Assembly (NCBI GenBank): GCA_028864975.1
Contig: JAGWLG010000008.1
Location: 55,884-119,883, forward strand
DNA length: 64,000 nucleotides
Source: Thermoplasmata archaeon
GTDB lineage: Archaea; Thermoplasmatota; Thermoplasmata; Lutacidiplasmatales; UBA184
Direction of reading: 5' to 3'
Part shown: one piece after another, positions 28,749-39,261 of the stretch
Layout of the letters: every line of letters begins with the position of its first letter
Numbering within the stretch: position 1 is the first letter of the stretch
Notes under the pieces: generated by a model
Databases searched by the model: none
What the model saw: only the letters and a program-made list of their open reading frames with translations
Told to the model about the DNA's origin: nothing
Position numbers and translations under genes: made by a program

Positions 28749-29347
28749 GGCGCTGGTGCCTCCACGACCCCCGTCCTGTCCACGGAGACCCCGGCCTGCG
28801 TCGCCCGGATGACCTCTCTACCCTTCCACTGGTCCACGAGACCCTGGAAGTGGACGACGAGCAGCACAATCCTGCTTACATCCGTCGGAAGAGGTGGGGT
28901 CCGGAAGTCCGCGCAGATGGGCACCAGGTTCTTCGGTAGCTCCCACCCGAGTTCCTTGAGCCCGTCGGCCAAGGTCTCGGGCACAATCTCGACCGCGTAG
29001 ACCTTCCGGCACACCTCCGCCGCCAGCACCGCGAACGCGAGGTTCCCGGCACCGGCGTCCAGCACGACGTCCCCGTGCCGCAGGAGCTTCAGCGCCGGTT
29101 CGTAGTTGAACGACTCCGGAGCCCACATCCGAACCGGACCGTTCAGCACGCTCCGTGATTCCCAGAACCGCCGCTGCGCTGCAAGCTCCTCCTTCTTGCC
29201 GGGTCGAGGCTCGTGCCAAGCGACCGCGCTAGGATAATACTGCCGGAGCAACCGCTTTGCCAGCGGCCAGTTCGCCATCTTGCCGATAGGTCCTTCCTCC
29301 AGCTTCTGGAGCTTGATGTCGCCCCAGCCCCCCTTCTCTGCCTCCAT
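28745..29347 (-). CDS. Class I SAM-dependent methyltransferase, substrate unknown
   Basis: VVLDAGAGNL, VYAVEI, CADF; no DPPY-like motif. Confidence 0.75.
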   Translation of the reverse strand: MEAEKGGWGDIKLQKLEEGPIGKMANWPLAKRLLRQYYPSAVAWHEPRPGKKEELAAQRRFWESRSVLNGPVRMWAPESFNYEPALKLLRHGDVVLDAGAGNLAFAVLAAEVCRKVYAVEIVPETLADGLKELGWELPKNLVPICADFRTPPLPTDVSRIVLLVVHFQGLVDQWKGREVIRATQAGVSVDRTGVVEAPAP

Positions 29348-30115
29348 CACGGTCCGTGCTTCTCCTCCACCTTCAGATTCCCGTCCGGGGTGAACCAGAT
29401 GCGCTCCTCCTTCTTGCCGTGGAAGAGCCGGACCAGGACCCCGGGCCCGTGGTCCTCCCGGTAGGTCAGGATGGCGTGACCAGCCTGCCCCTTCACCGCG
29501 AACTGGACCTCCCGAACGTCGGTCAGGTGCATCGCCCGTTGCTCTTTCCGCGGCCACTCCCCAACCGTGAGCGTCGCGACGGCGCCGTGCTTCTTGTCGG
29601 TCACGCTCGTTGCCTCCGCTCTCGCTCGGGCAGGTGCTGTATCGACGACGAGTAGAGGTCCCACTCCTCCGCCTTGTGTCCCGGTTTCGCGTCGAACAGG
29701 ACCGTGACTTCCGGGTCTTCCAAGTGTCGCACGCTCAGTACCTTTCCCGTCCTCACCGGCCAGTTCTCCGGTTCCATGGCCACCATCTGCGGGGCCAGTC
29801 TGAACCTATCCCCTCGCTTCCAGGGCTTCGGCCTCGTCATCACTTCCTGCTCTCTTCGACCCACGCCTTCGCTTGGGCCCAAGGACAGTCGTCGGCGTGC
29901 TTGAACTCCTCCGGCTTGAACGTGATGGCGTTCCCCCCGGTGCGCGCAGTTCCCGGACAGTACCGACAAAGGTACCCGTGCACCAGTTCCGTCGGGATGA
30001 ACCCGATGAACCCCACCGGCTCGAAGTGGATTCTCCCTCCACCTCCGACCTCGGCGACGAGCGGGTTGGCCTCGGCGAACTTCTCTAGAATGCTCACGGG
30101 GTTGTTCTGCGCCAC

Positions 30116-30616
30116 TTACCTTGCCTCCAGGACCACCCAGGCGCGACTGTCCTTCTTCTGAACCTTGAACTCTCCGATTTCGATGGGCGGAGAGACCCGG
30201 ATGAATGTCACGTAGTCGTACCCGGGCTCGTTGAACTTCTCCTCGACCGCACGCCGCGTCGCCGTGTCCATCACGTCGATGGTGGTCCAGATGTCCTCGT
30301 GGAACCCGATGCCCGGCGCCCTCGCGTCCGAGACCACGCGGAGCACCCTCGATGCCCGGTGTCCTGTTCCCCCGACCGGTTTCCAGATGACGACGTCATC
30401 CTTCTTCACTCGTCCGTACGGCGCGGCCTTCACCTTCGTCACCCTGGTCTCCCAGACCTTCGTCCCGTCGAGGAGGTTCTGGTAGTGTGGCGCCCGCATG
30501 ATGGCGAGGTGCGCCTTGACACCGGACTTCCCGTAGCCGAGGCGCTTCAGGGCCCGGCGATTCCCGGGGGAGAGGTGCCACTTGAGCGGGGATGCGCTGG
30601 AATCTGTCAAGGCCAC
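30116..30616 (-). CDS. ASCH/PUA-like domain protein
   Basis: HLAIM..H...LLDGTKVWETR.....PYGRVKKDDVV. Confidence 0.75.
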   Translation of the reverse strand: MALTDSSASPLKWHLSPGNRRALKRLGYGKSGVKAHLAIMRAPHYQNLLDGTKVWETRVTKVKAAPYGRVKKDDVVIWKPVGGTGHRASRVLRVVSDARAPGIGFHEDIWTTIDVMDTATRRAVEEKFNEPGYDYVTFIRVSPPIEIGEFKVQKKDSRAWVVLEAR

Positions 30617-30773
30617 CTCCCGCGAGTGACCCCGCCGAGTCTTCTGACCTTCGCTTGGAGCCTGCGGACTTTTCGTTCCAGCCGGTCCCGTTCTTCGTGT
30701 AACCAGAGGTAGTGCTCCCGCGTGTTAGAGTGGAGGTTACAGCACGCCGTGAATGGCTTGGGCTTCTTCCAGG

Positions 30774-31133
30774 TCATCGGGGCGCCTCCCGAGCCAGCAT
30801 CTTTCTCTCGACCTTCGCCATCTTCTCTGCCCAGGCCAGAGCGAAGTCCTCTCGGGACACCCCGAGTCTCTGAACGAGGATGGTGATGTAGGCCTGGACG
30901 TCTGCAATCTCTTCCAGCATCCGGGTCATGTCGAGTGGAACCGTCCCCCGTGTTCCATCGTGGTCGGCACGCTTGATGAGGTCCGCCACCTCACCGACCT
31001 CCGACACCAACGATACGAGGTAGTGGGAGAGGTCACCGTGTGGTCCCCAGAACTTCGTCTGAAGCCGCTCGGTCTCGTCCCAGACCTCATCCAGTGAGAT
31101 GGGCTGGCCCGACTTGCGCTGCGCCTCAGCCAT
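30774..31133 (-). CDS. MazG-like nucleotide pyrophosphohydrolase
   Basis: LVSEVGEVADLIK ... LEEIADV. Confidence 0.85.
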   Translation of the reverse strand: MAEAQRKSGQPISLDEVWDETERLQTKFWGPHGDLSHYLVSLVSEVGEVADLIKRADHDGTRGTVPLDMTRMLEEIADVQAYITILVQRLGVSREDFALAWAEKMAKVERKMLAREAPR

Positions 31134-32080
31134 CGTCTCCCTCCTGGGCCGCGAGCGCCACGTCGAGCGTGTAGCACTGTTCGTGGACCCTTCCCTCGCC
31201 TCTCCCGGTCACCGGCTTCCCGCACACGATACACGGCTCTGGCTGCTTCTTCGCGCTCATCTCTTCTTCCTCGGGTCGAAACTGTCGATGATGAACTGCG
31301 CGTTCGCCTCGGCCACCGCCTGGGCGTCCTCTCCGTCCCTGACCTCGTCGATGAGCACCCGGATGAACTCCCCGGGGTCTTCCTTCACGCTCAGCACGAG
31401 CCACCCCGGGGTGCACTCCTCCGCATCCCTGTTCCTCTCCAGCGGACCTTCAGTTCTCGTCGTCACCATCGTCTCGCTCTCCTCTTCGGCGGCTCCCGGT
31501 AGTTGCGAATCTGGTCCAGGCTCACCGGCCTTCCCCCGAGCGTCGCCGCGTGCGCGTCGCGCCGCTGCTGGAACTTCCTCGCCGCTCTGCCCCACTTGTC
31601 CTTGGGGCTCGGCGAACTGTCGTCCTTCTTCTCCGGCGGCGGCTGGACCTTCGGGCACCGACACTGGTCCGGCGGGTAGTGACACTTGACGCACTCGTCC
31701 TCCATCAGCCGGAGGTTCTTTACCAGGCGACGACCGCAGCGGCAGAGGTTCTCCGACATGGCTCAGTAGTGGACCTTGTAGCCCCGTCGGCTCTCCCAAT
31801 CGCCCCACCCGTTCTCTCCTGCGCTCACCCAGGCCTGCTCGCTAGACCCCTCGAACTCCCTTGCGAGAATCTTCGCCGCGCCCTCCACCGGCACCTTGTG
31901 CCAGCCCGTCAGGTGGCCGAGCAGGCTCCACGGGCCGTACCGCGCCCAACTCCCCGCGCACCAGGCGCAGGTGATGGTGGACGCGAGGTGCACCGCCAAC
32001 TGGTTCAGCTTCTCGATGGTCTCCGCGTCCAGTTGACTCTTCGGCTCCGTCCCCGGGGCCGCGGTGTTCTCCGCGCTCAT
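31126..32080 (-). other. Small coupled ORFs incl. Zn-finger proteins (31126-31260, 31257-31469, 31463-31759, about 31763-32080)
   Basis: CIVCGKPV, CRCG..CVKCH..C.C, CAWC..H..H motifs. Confidence 0.55.
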
Positions 32081-33945
32081 TCTACGCTCCAGAGCGTGTC
32101 CGACGCCTTGACCCGATTGTAGAGCGCGGCTCGCCGGTTCTCCAGGTCTTCCTGTGGGATGGACTCCTTCACCGCCGGAAGCTCCTCGACGAGGCCGTTC
32201 GTCCTCAGCACCGACAGGTTGTTCCCGAAGGTCCCCCCGCTGGCCTCGTACCCGCTCTTCTCCCCAAGCTCGATTCTGGTCAGCGGGTTCGGGTGCTCCT
32301 GCTCCAAGACGTCGAGCATCTTCCGCGGGCCCGCGGGCAGGTTGCGGTGCCACATCGCCATGACCTCTTCGTGGGTCTGGGGCGCGACCGGCTTCTCCCC
32401 GATGAACGCCATCCCAGCCTCGGAGGCTCGAACCGAGCCGTCCGCGGACTCGTCGAGGTACCCCGCCTTGCGCAGGATGGACAGTTGGTTCCCGAACGTA
32501 CCACCGCCCGCGGCGTATCCGGACAGCGTCCCTAGCTGGGACCTCGTGAGCGTGAGAGGGTGCCGACGCGCCAACTCGGTGAGCATCTTCAGCGCACCCT
32601 TGCCCAGGGTCACCTCCCCCTCCGGTTCGGCCCCAGCCAGCTTCGAGTGGTCCACTGGGAAGGAGCGCATCGGCGTCTCCGCCACCCTCCGGGCATGCTC
32701 AACGTCGGCTGGGTGGGCCTTCACGAAGGGTACGGCCTGCGGGACCGGTTGCTGGACAGGTGGCGACGCAACTCTACCCGGGTCGTCGGATGGTGCGAAC
32801 CTCGGATACCCGTCCCACCATTTCTGAACACCGCGCAGGTGCTTCTCCATCGCGCTCACGATGCCAGCGAGCCGGTGGGCCTCCTGCTGGTAGTGACTCG
32901 ACTCCATGCGCAGCCTCGATACGAGCACCGGGTCCACGGTCGGCCCCGGGTCCGGCCGTGCCTTCGCCGCCTCCAGTTGCTTCTTCAGCGTCGCTAGCTC
33001 CGCGCGCAGCTTGGGCACGTTCGCCGCCTCAGCTTTCTTCTCCGCGAGGACCTTGAACGTCTCCCCGAGCTTCGTCACGAGCGGCGCCACGTCCGTTGTG
33101 GTGACCCTCACCTTGAGCATCCCTGTCTTCCGGAGATGCGTCCGGTCCGGGTGGAAGGTCTCGAACTCCCGCACGAAGACCTTCTCGAAGCGCTGGAACT
33201 CCCGTGGGGACCAGAAGAAGCACTCGCGCACTTTGAGCGCGGCAAGCTCCCGGTCGAACTGCTCAAGTTGCTTCTCCGTGCCCCACGCCTCCACCCACTC
33301 GCGCAGGGCTTTCCGGTCCGGGGTTCCGGTGAGACCGAAGATGACCATAGTTCCGCACTGACAAAGTGCGTCCTTGTTCACCGTCGCCGCGCGCTGGGAG
33401 ATTAACGTCACTCCAAGGCCCTTGTTCCTGCCCATCCTTACGATGCGCTCGACCGCGTCATACGTGGTCGCGTTGTCCGGGCGCACTGTCTGAGGCAGGA
33501 CCTCCTTGGCCTCGTCAATGACGAGCAGCCGGCTCGTGTCGTTGATGCCGTAGATGGTGTCGCAGAAGTCCTTCAGGAACCGGCGGTACGCGGCCTTCGG
33601 CTCCTCGGAGAAGTCGATGACGCAGGATACGTTCGCCTCGACGATGGCCCTGGCGACCTCTGCGCCTGTGTTCGCGTTGAGCGGTAGGTCCTGGTGAGCC
33701 CCACCGATGACCAGCACCGGGAGTCCTGGACTTTTCCCATCACGGGAACTCTTGATGCCCCAGCCGACACCGGCCGGGTCGAAGACCACGAAGGGGAGAC
33801 CCACCCGAACTAGCTCCTCTTCGACTACTTTCAGTAGGCCCGATTTCCCGAGCCCACTTTGCCCGATTATTGCGGTCCGTGCCTCGATATACTCCTCCGC
33901 GGGCACAGAGAATCTTGCCCCGATATGCAGCACCTTCTTCGGCAC
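32077..33945 (-). CDS. HerA/FtsK-superfamily ATPase (DUF87-type) with two C-terminal winged-helix repeats
   Basis: Walker A GQSGLGKS, Walker B LVIDEA, ISQR; duplicated LTR..LG..SGY.A.GGTFGN.LS.LR. Confidence 0.85.
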   Translation of the reverse strand: MPKKVLHIGARFSVPAEEYIEARTAIIGQSGLGKSGLLKVVEEELVRVGLPFVVFDPAGVGWGIKSSRDGKSPGLPVLVIGGAHQDLPLNANTGAEVARAIVEANVSCVIDFSEEPKAAYRRFLKDFCDTIYGINDTSRLLVIDEAKEVLPQTVRPDNATTYDAVERIVRMGRNKGLGVTLISQRAATVNKDALCQCGTMVIFGLTGTPDRKALREWVEAWGTEKQLEQFDRELAALKVRECFFWSPREFQRFEKVFVREFETFHPDRTHLRKTGMLKVRVTTTDVAPLVTKLGETFKVLAEKKAEAANVPKLRAELATLKKQLEAAKARPDPGPTVDPVLVSRLRMESSHYQQEAHRLAGIVSAMEKHLRGVQKWWDGYPRFAPSDDPGRVASPPVQQPVPQAVPFVKAHPADVEHARRVAETPMRSFPVDHSKLAGAEPEGEVTLGKGALKMLTELARRHPLTLTRSQLGTLSGYAAGGGTFGNQLSILRKAGYLDESADGSVRASEAGMAFIGEKPVAPQTHEEVMAMWHRNLPAGPRKMLDVLEQEHPNPLTRIELGEKSGYEASGGTFGNNLSVLRTNGLVEELPAVKESIPQEDLENRRAALYNRVKASDTLWSVE

Positions 33946-34138
33946 GGTTCACTCCCCCCCGAGCTTCAACAGGTCCCGCCGCGCTTCCCGCGCCAGAAGA
34001 TTCGCCTGCGCCGAGCGCTGGTCCATCGCCTTCCGCAGGTCCTCGACTATCGCTTTGACCATGGCAAGGTGCTCCCTGTCCGACGTCGTGCGCCGATGGA
34101 CCAGGCCGCACTCCTGGCACGGCGCCCCGGCGAGTTCG

Positions 34139-34699
34139 TCAATTCCCACGACCGGTCACCTGCTTGCGGCCTGCTTCCGTCAGCTTCAGTTGGAGCACGG
34201 GTCTCCCGTGACACGTCGCCCTGTGCGAGTTCACGTAGTTCCCCTTCTCGAACCAACCGGTGCCCTTGGTCGCCTCGCGCACCACGCTCCCGTTGATTTT
34301 CGCGCTGACCCTCACCGTCCCGTCGGGGTCCTTGTTCCAATCCTCTCCCAGCGTGTCCCAGATGGCGTCCGTGGTCACGATGCCGTCCGGGCTCGCCGCG
34401 GCTGCGGTCAGGAGGACGGTCAGCAGGACGCCGACGTCCTCTTCGTGCTCCTCCGCCATCCTCTGGAGAACCTCCTCCGCGATGCCCCGGGCCGTCTCCA
34501 GCCGCTCCGCCACGCCCGGTTGGGCTCCCACGTTCCTCTGCGCCCACATCGCCATCAGGACGTGCTTGCAGCGCTTCCGCTCCGAACCGCACGAGCACAC
34601 CCACCCCTTCTCCGGGTCGTAGAAGGTGTCCGGGGGCGCCCCCTGCGGCCGGTACTCTCCCAACGTTGACTGACGTTCGCTCTGCTCGTTGCTCATCAT
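34139..34699 (-). CDS. SWIM Zn-finger protein with probable wHTH
   Basis: CSCGSERKRCKH. Confidence 0.65.
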   Translation of the reverse strand: MMSNEQSERQSTLGEYRPQGAPPDTFYDPEKGWVCSCGSERKRCKHVLMAMWAQRNVGAQPGVAERLETARGIAEEVLQRMAEEHEEDVGVLLTVLLTAAAASPDGIVTTDAIWDTLGEDWNKDPDGTVRVSAKINGSVVREATKGTGWFEKGNYVNSHRATCHGRPVLQLKLTEAGRKQVTGRGN

Positions 34700-34749
34700 C
34701 TCGCCCTTCCCCAGGCGGGGCCCGGTGCTCCGGGCCCGGCCACCAATAA

Positions 34750-34762
34750 TTCTACTACCCCT
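34750..34762 (+). promoter_or_regulatory. TTCTACTACCCCT motif in AT-rich intergenic spacer
   Basis: Identical to 2073-2085. Confidence 0.6.
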
Positions 34763-34780
34763 TTGAAGCCTTCGGTCGGC

Positions 34781-35128
34781 TCACGGGGTGCGTCCGTACC
34801 TCACCTGGTGGATGACGAGCCCCTCCGGTTCCCTCCGGACGAGCAGTTTCATCCCTATCAATCCAAGCGGTACCTGCGCCCGGTAGATTCGTACCGCCAC
34901 CTTGTCCCAGTTCTCGAAGTTGTAGACCGTCGCCCCCAGCAGTTTCGGCGCGGTGCCCAATGTCCCCCGGTCTTGGAGGTAAATCGTCGGCGGGGACTCA
35001 CTGCTCGTCATCAACATGGAGAGCCCCACCACCTCCAGCAGCCGCTCCTCCCCGGGCTTCAGGTAGCCCGTCGTCAGTTGCTCGACCGTCCTCTCTTCCT
35101 CTTCATCCGTGTCCACTCTTGTCGTCAT
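34781..35128 (-). CDS. Hypothetical protein
   Basis: ATG 35128, coding bias. Confidence 0.55.
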   Translation of the reverse strand: MTTRVDTDEEEERTVEQLTTGYLKPGEERLLEVVGLSMLMTSSESPPTIYLQDRGTLGTAPKLLGATVYNFENWDKVAVRIYRAQVPLGLIGMKLLVRREPEGLVIHQVRYGRTP

Positions 35129-35180
35129 GCCGCACCTTCCCCTTCTCGTTGCTCTGACTTGCCGCTGAACTCGTCGCCGC

Positions 35181-36110
35181 TCATCCATACCCGGACTGGT
35201 AGCTGTCGGTCCCTGGTGGCGGTGGGAACGGCGGTGGCCTCTCCGTCCTCTCCACCTCCGCTTTGTGACGCTCAAGCTGTAGCTCGTTCTGCAAGAGCTT
35301 CTCCAGCCGGACCGTCGGACTACCCTCCTTCACAATCTGCATCGCCTGAGCCAGCGTCAGGTCCTTCGGCCCCAGGTGGACCTCGTGACGGACCTTCTTC
35401 CCCTTCTGGTAGAGCTGCTCCAGCGCGTTGCTGAACCTCCGCAGTTCCACCGCGCGAAGACCCTTCAGCCTCCACCCCTCGTAGTCCGTGTGAATCCCAA
35501 TCTGGGTGACCATGAACTTCGAGCCGGCGTCCTCGATGCCGAACGCTCCCTCTAGCCACCCCTGCAATCCCCCGAACTCCTGGAACCGGATTGGCCTCTC
35601 CGTCGATGGCACGTAGACCGTGATGCTGTCCTTCCCCGGGGCGTGGCGTATCTCGACCCACCACTTCCTCCAGAGACGCTTCACGACACCCCAGCGCACG
35701 CCGGGCTTGTACGTCATGTCCGGGAATCGTTCGGCGACCAAATCATCAAGTTCCGTAGCACCGCCACGCGGCAACGGGGTATGGACTACCCCTTTCCGCC
35801 ACTTCGCATACAGCGTGAGCCCGTGGATGCCCTCCTCTCCGAACGGGTCGCCTTTGATGTCAGGGGTCCCCGGTTGACCGATGTAGGGACCCCGGGGGTA
35901 GTCCTGGCGTATGACCCCTTCCTGCGTCAGGTCCTTGAGGTGACGCTCGACCGTCCTCAGAGGGAGGCCGGCCCTCTTGGCGATGAGCTTCGCCGGGGCT
36001 CCGGCCCTGTCGAACTCCCCCAACGCCTTCAGGATGCGGCGGATGACTGCCGCCACGTCTTTGCGCCGCGGAGCCGCCAGTTCACCGGCGCGAGGGTTTC
36101 CCCTACCCAT
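35181..36110 (-). CDS. wHTH protein fused to possible Rep_trans-like initiator domain
   Basis: N-terminal AKLIAKRAGLPLRTVERHLKDL..G HTH; VTQIGIHTD, LYQK, VRHEVHL resemble Rep_trans motif order (inference). Confidence 0.45.
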   Translation of the reverse strand: MGRGNPRAGELAAPRRKDVAAVIRRILKALGEFDRAGAPAKLIAKRAGLPLRTVERHLKDLTQEGVIRQDYPRGPYIGQPGTPDIKGDPFGEEGIHGLTLYAKWRKGVVHTPLPRGGATELDDLVAERFPDMTYKPGVRWGVVKRLWRKWWVEIRHAPGKDSITVYVPSTERPIRFQEFGGLQGWLEGAFGIEDAGSKFMVTQIGIHTDYEGWRLKGLRAVELRRFSNALEQLYQKGKKVRHEVHLGPKDLTLAQAMQIVKEGSPTVRLEKLLQNELQLERHKAEVERTERPPPFPPPPGTDSYQSGYG

Positions 36111-36164
36111 CGTGCTTCACCTCGACCGGAAGGGCGGCTCAGACGCGCCACTTTCGAGGGGTAG

Positions 36165-36300
36165 GCCGGGTCGGGGGGTGGTGTCTCACCGTCCCGCCGC
36201 TGCGTACTCCTTCCACGATGGCCTCGGGCTGAAGTTCGCCGGCTGTGATTGTCACTCCCTCTCACCCCCGACCCGGTCGGCACGCCGAACGGCGTGAGGG
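36165..36300. ncRNA. Structured intergenic element (candidate origin or RNA)
   Basis: CCGGGTCGGGGGGTG pairs with CACCCCCGACCCGG; adjacent CACGCCG-AA-CGGCGTG hairpin. Confidence 0.4.
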
Positions 36301-36572
36301 GTGCTGTAGAGAAGTCCGCCTCTGCCCGCGCTCAACAGGAGCGTGGACCGCTCGGCGGCGTGCCTGGGAAATGACGACGGTACGTGAAGAGGTTGGTCAA
36401 TGTCGGTGAGCGCGAGGGTGTCCCCTCTCATGGCGCCGTGGCCCCCGAGAAGAAGACCTCAGAGGAGTCCGGCGTTGGATGGCGCGTTCTGCGCTAGTTC
36501 CTTCGATTGTGGCAACCCATTCGCCCCCAGGGAAGTCGCTGCATAGCGAGCATGCTACAGCCGACGAGCTAC

Positions 36573-36824
36573 TTAACCCGCACGGCCGGAACTAGCTCGA
36601 CTCGCAGGAGGGGTGGGGGGGTGCCGAAGTCTCACCGTGAGCCCGCTGCGCCGGAGCACCATCCTGAACCGGTTCTCCGTGTCGTGCAGCCGGAGCGCGA
36701 TGATGTAGGCGTTCCGCACGACGAACCGGAGGACGCAGTGCTTCTCCATTCCCGGGTCCACCCTCTTCACGACCCACACGAACGGGTCGAAGAAGTAGAC
36801 CCCGACGACCTGGCGGGGCTTCAC
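36573..36824 (-). CDS. Hypothetical basic protein
   Basis: GTGA coupling to upstream ORF. Confidence 0.55.
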   Translation of the reverse strand: MKPRQVVGVYFFDPFVWVVKRVDPGMEKHCVLRFVVRNAYIIALRLHDTENRFRMVLRRSGLTVRLRHPPTPPASRASSGRAG

Positions 36825-37375
36825 CGGGCGCTCCTGCTCGCCCCGACGGCCCGGCAGAACGCTCCCGCCTCCGCCTGGTACCTCGGGTCAGAGCATAGCT
36901 GCTTGCGCACCTTCTCCGGACTGTCGAAGATTTCCGGTCTCCCCCTCTCCGACGGGATGACCTTGACCAACGCAATGTTGTCGGGCGCAATCTCCTCGCA
37001 GGTGAGCCACTCGTGCCCACCCAACTGCTCCACGTACGTCGTGGGGATGAAGTCCGTCCCGTGCAACCGGGCCTTGAGCGTGTCGATGTAGAGGATGGCC
37101 AGGTCGTCGAGCTTACCGGTCGTCTCCCCGGCCTTCATCGAGGCGGCGGAGGCGAAGAACCTGGCGATGGGCTCCTCCTCGGTCAGGAAGATACAGCCCT
37201 TGACGCTCTCGGCGAACGCCGGGTCCGTCGCCCTCGCGCACTCGCCCTTGATGAGCCCCCTCTCCAGGATTCCGGGGAGACAGCGCAGGCTCGTTCCGTG
37301 GAGCAGGACCCTCGGCAGCGCGCGCTTCTCTCCAGTCAGTCCACTCTTTCCGACCACTGGTGCCCCGCGCGCCAT
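36821..37375 (-). CDS. ADP-ribosyltransferase-fold protein (KptA/DUF952-like)
   Basis: LLHGTS..L.GIL..GL, IFLT, AILYID, HEW...IAPDNI; start uncertain. Confidence 0.6.
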   Translation of the reverse strand: MARGAPVVGKSGLTGEKRALPRVLLHGTSLRCLPGILERGLIKGECARATDPAFAESVKGCIFLTEEEPIARFFASAASMKAGETTGKLDDLAILYIDTLKARLHGTDFIPTTYVEQLGGHEWLTCEEIAPDNIALVKVIPSERGRPEIFDSPEKVRKQLCSDPRYQAEAGAFCRAVGASRSAR

Positions 37376-37376
37376 C

Positions 37377-39178
37377 TCAACTCCCTCCGCCCGCCTTGAT
37401 GACCTTCTTCCTCAACTCGCCGACGAGCTTCGGAACGTTGCGGTAGGTCATTCGTTCGCCGGGGACCCAGTGGCTCTCGGTCTCGCCACCCAGCTTCGCC
37501 CCGTTCTCCTCGAAGAAGACCGCGGTCTTCTTGCCCAGCGGCCGGCCCTTCGAGTCCTGCGCCCCTTCCTTCGCCACGGCCACGACCACGTAGGACGGCC
37601 CTTCCGGCGGGGAAACGAAGTCCTCGCTCCACACGTTGAGATGCTCGATGGCCGGGTCGCTCATCTTGACCGCGAGGCACAACTGGTTCTCGTCGCCGGA
37701 ACCGCCCTCGCAATCCGTGACCTGCTCCGCGCCCGCGTTCTTGAACTCCTCGACGAGCACCTCCCGCGCCTCGCGCAGGCGGGCGACACGGTCACCGGGC
37801 ACGGTGAACCTGAGCACCTTCACCCACTTGAGCTTGCAGGCCGGGTCGCCTTCAGGTCCGCGACGTACTTCTCCGCCCGGTCCAAAGTGTGGTCCAGGTT
37901 GTCACACTCCCCATAGAGAAAGCACTCACTGAAGAGCCTGCTCTCCAGGATGGTGAACTCGTCGGCGATGTCCCCATGGCCGAGTCGCCTGAGAGACTCG
38001 CGGCGCTGGGGATTCCCAAGTCTCGGCTCGGGGGTCCCTGCCCCATTCCTATCTAGGAACTGGTCCGTTGCCCGGATGACTTCCAGCCACGCCTTCTCCG
38101 CGGCCCGCTGGAGAATCGTGGTTGGCCGGGGTTCGGGTTCGAGCATCTCCTCTAGGAGCTTGGGACCAGGAACCGGGGGCTGCTATGCTGCGACCCAGGG
38201 GAGGCGGCGAAGCCACACCCGGACCCGGTCCTGGCTGAACCGGTGAGGCTACCGCTGGTAATTGAGGGTTTCTATTACCCCCGCGCGAGCCCCGGGTGCC
38301 CCTTCTCCACCTTCCCCGAGCCATCGCAGATGAAGCAGCGCACTGAGCCACCCTTGTAGGGATGCTGGCCCGGCGTGGATTCGTTCTTGCAGCAGGGGCA
38401 CGGAAATGTGGTCTCCTCGACCGGCGACATGGGCGCTGGGACCATCGGCGCAGGCGGTAGGGGCGGTGGAGGCGGCGGCGGCGGCGGCGGGAACGGTAGC
38501 TCTTGGCTCTGCATGGAACTTCAACCGGTCGCTGTCTCGGGCATCGGCGTCCGGACCGGGCGACGAGAGAAGACGTAGGCGGTGACGACCACGACCCCCG
38601 TGCCGACCAACGCCAACGCGAGGTACGGCAGCCGCGGCCAGATGTCGATGGGGTCCAGGGCTCCGAAGACGATGGCCAAGAGGCCCAGCACGAAGTACTT
38701 CGTCTCCGGCCGCTGCGTGAGCTTCACAGTCTCATCCCCGGGTCCCTCAGCCACCGGGCGATGCTGTAGGACACGCCCGCTACTCCCATCCAACCGACCG
38801 CGAGCCCCGCCGCGCTAGCGATGAGGTCGTTCGCTGAGATGTGGAGCGCCGAGAGTGTAATCATGGACCAGCCCATCCCGTTCAGCACTAGGAGGATGGC
38901 GGTTCGCAGGACCCGGATAGTCTGCGCGGGCGTTCGCTTGTCATCTGGGTCACCACCACCCTCGTGATGCGTCACGGGGTAATCCTCCCTGGACCACTTG
39001 GTTCTTTCGTTACCTGGGCGAGTTGGACACCGCACACACAGGTCCACACCGGTGCGGATTCCCCTAGGGGGGTCCACGTCCTCGACAGGACCATCCGGGA
39101 GTGACACCTGGGGCAGCGTTCGACGGCGGGCATGGTCGGCGGGTCCAAAATCAGGGCACCTGCCATGTGTATCCCCAC
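37377..39178 (-). other. Small ORFs: 37377-37823, 37820-38146, 38249-38524 (CPCC/CFICDGSG), 38521-38793 and about 38724-38970 (membrane), 38972-39178 (Zn finger)
   Basis: Coupled ORFs with coding bias, TM and CxxC patterns. Confidence 0.55.
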
Positions 39179-39261
39179 CTACGGGGACCTGATAAGCTCC
39201 TCGGCGACTTTCGACACTTTGAGGGCCGGGCTCTTATCCCGGCACCGGTTCCTCCCGGTCG

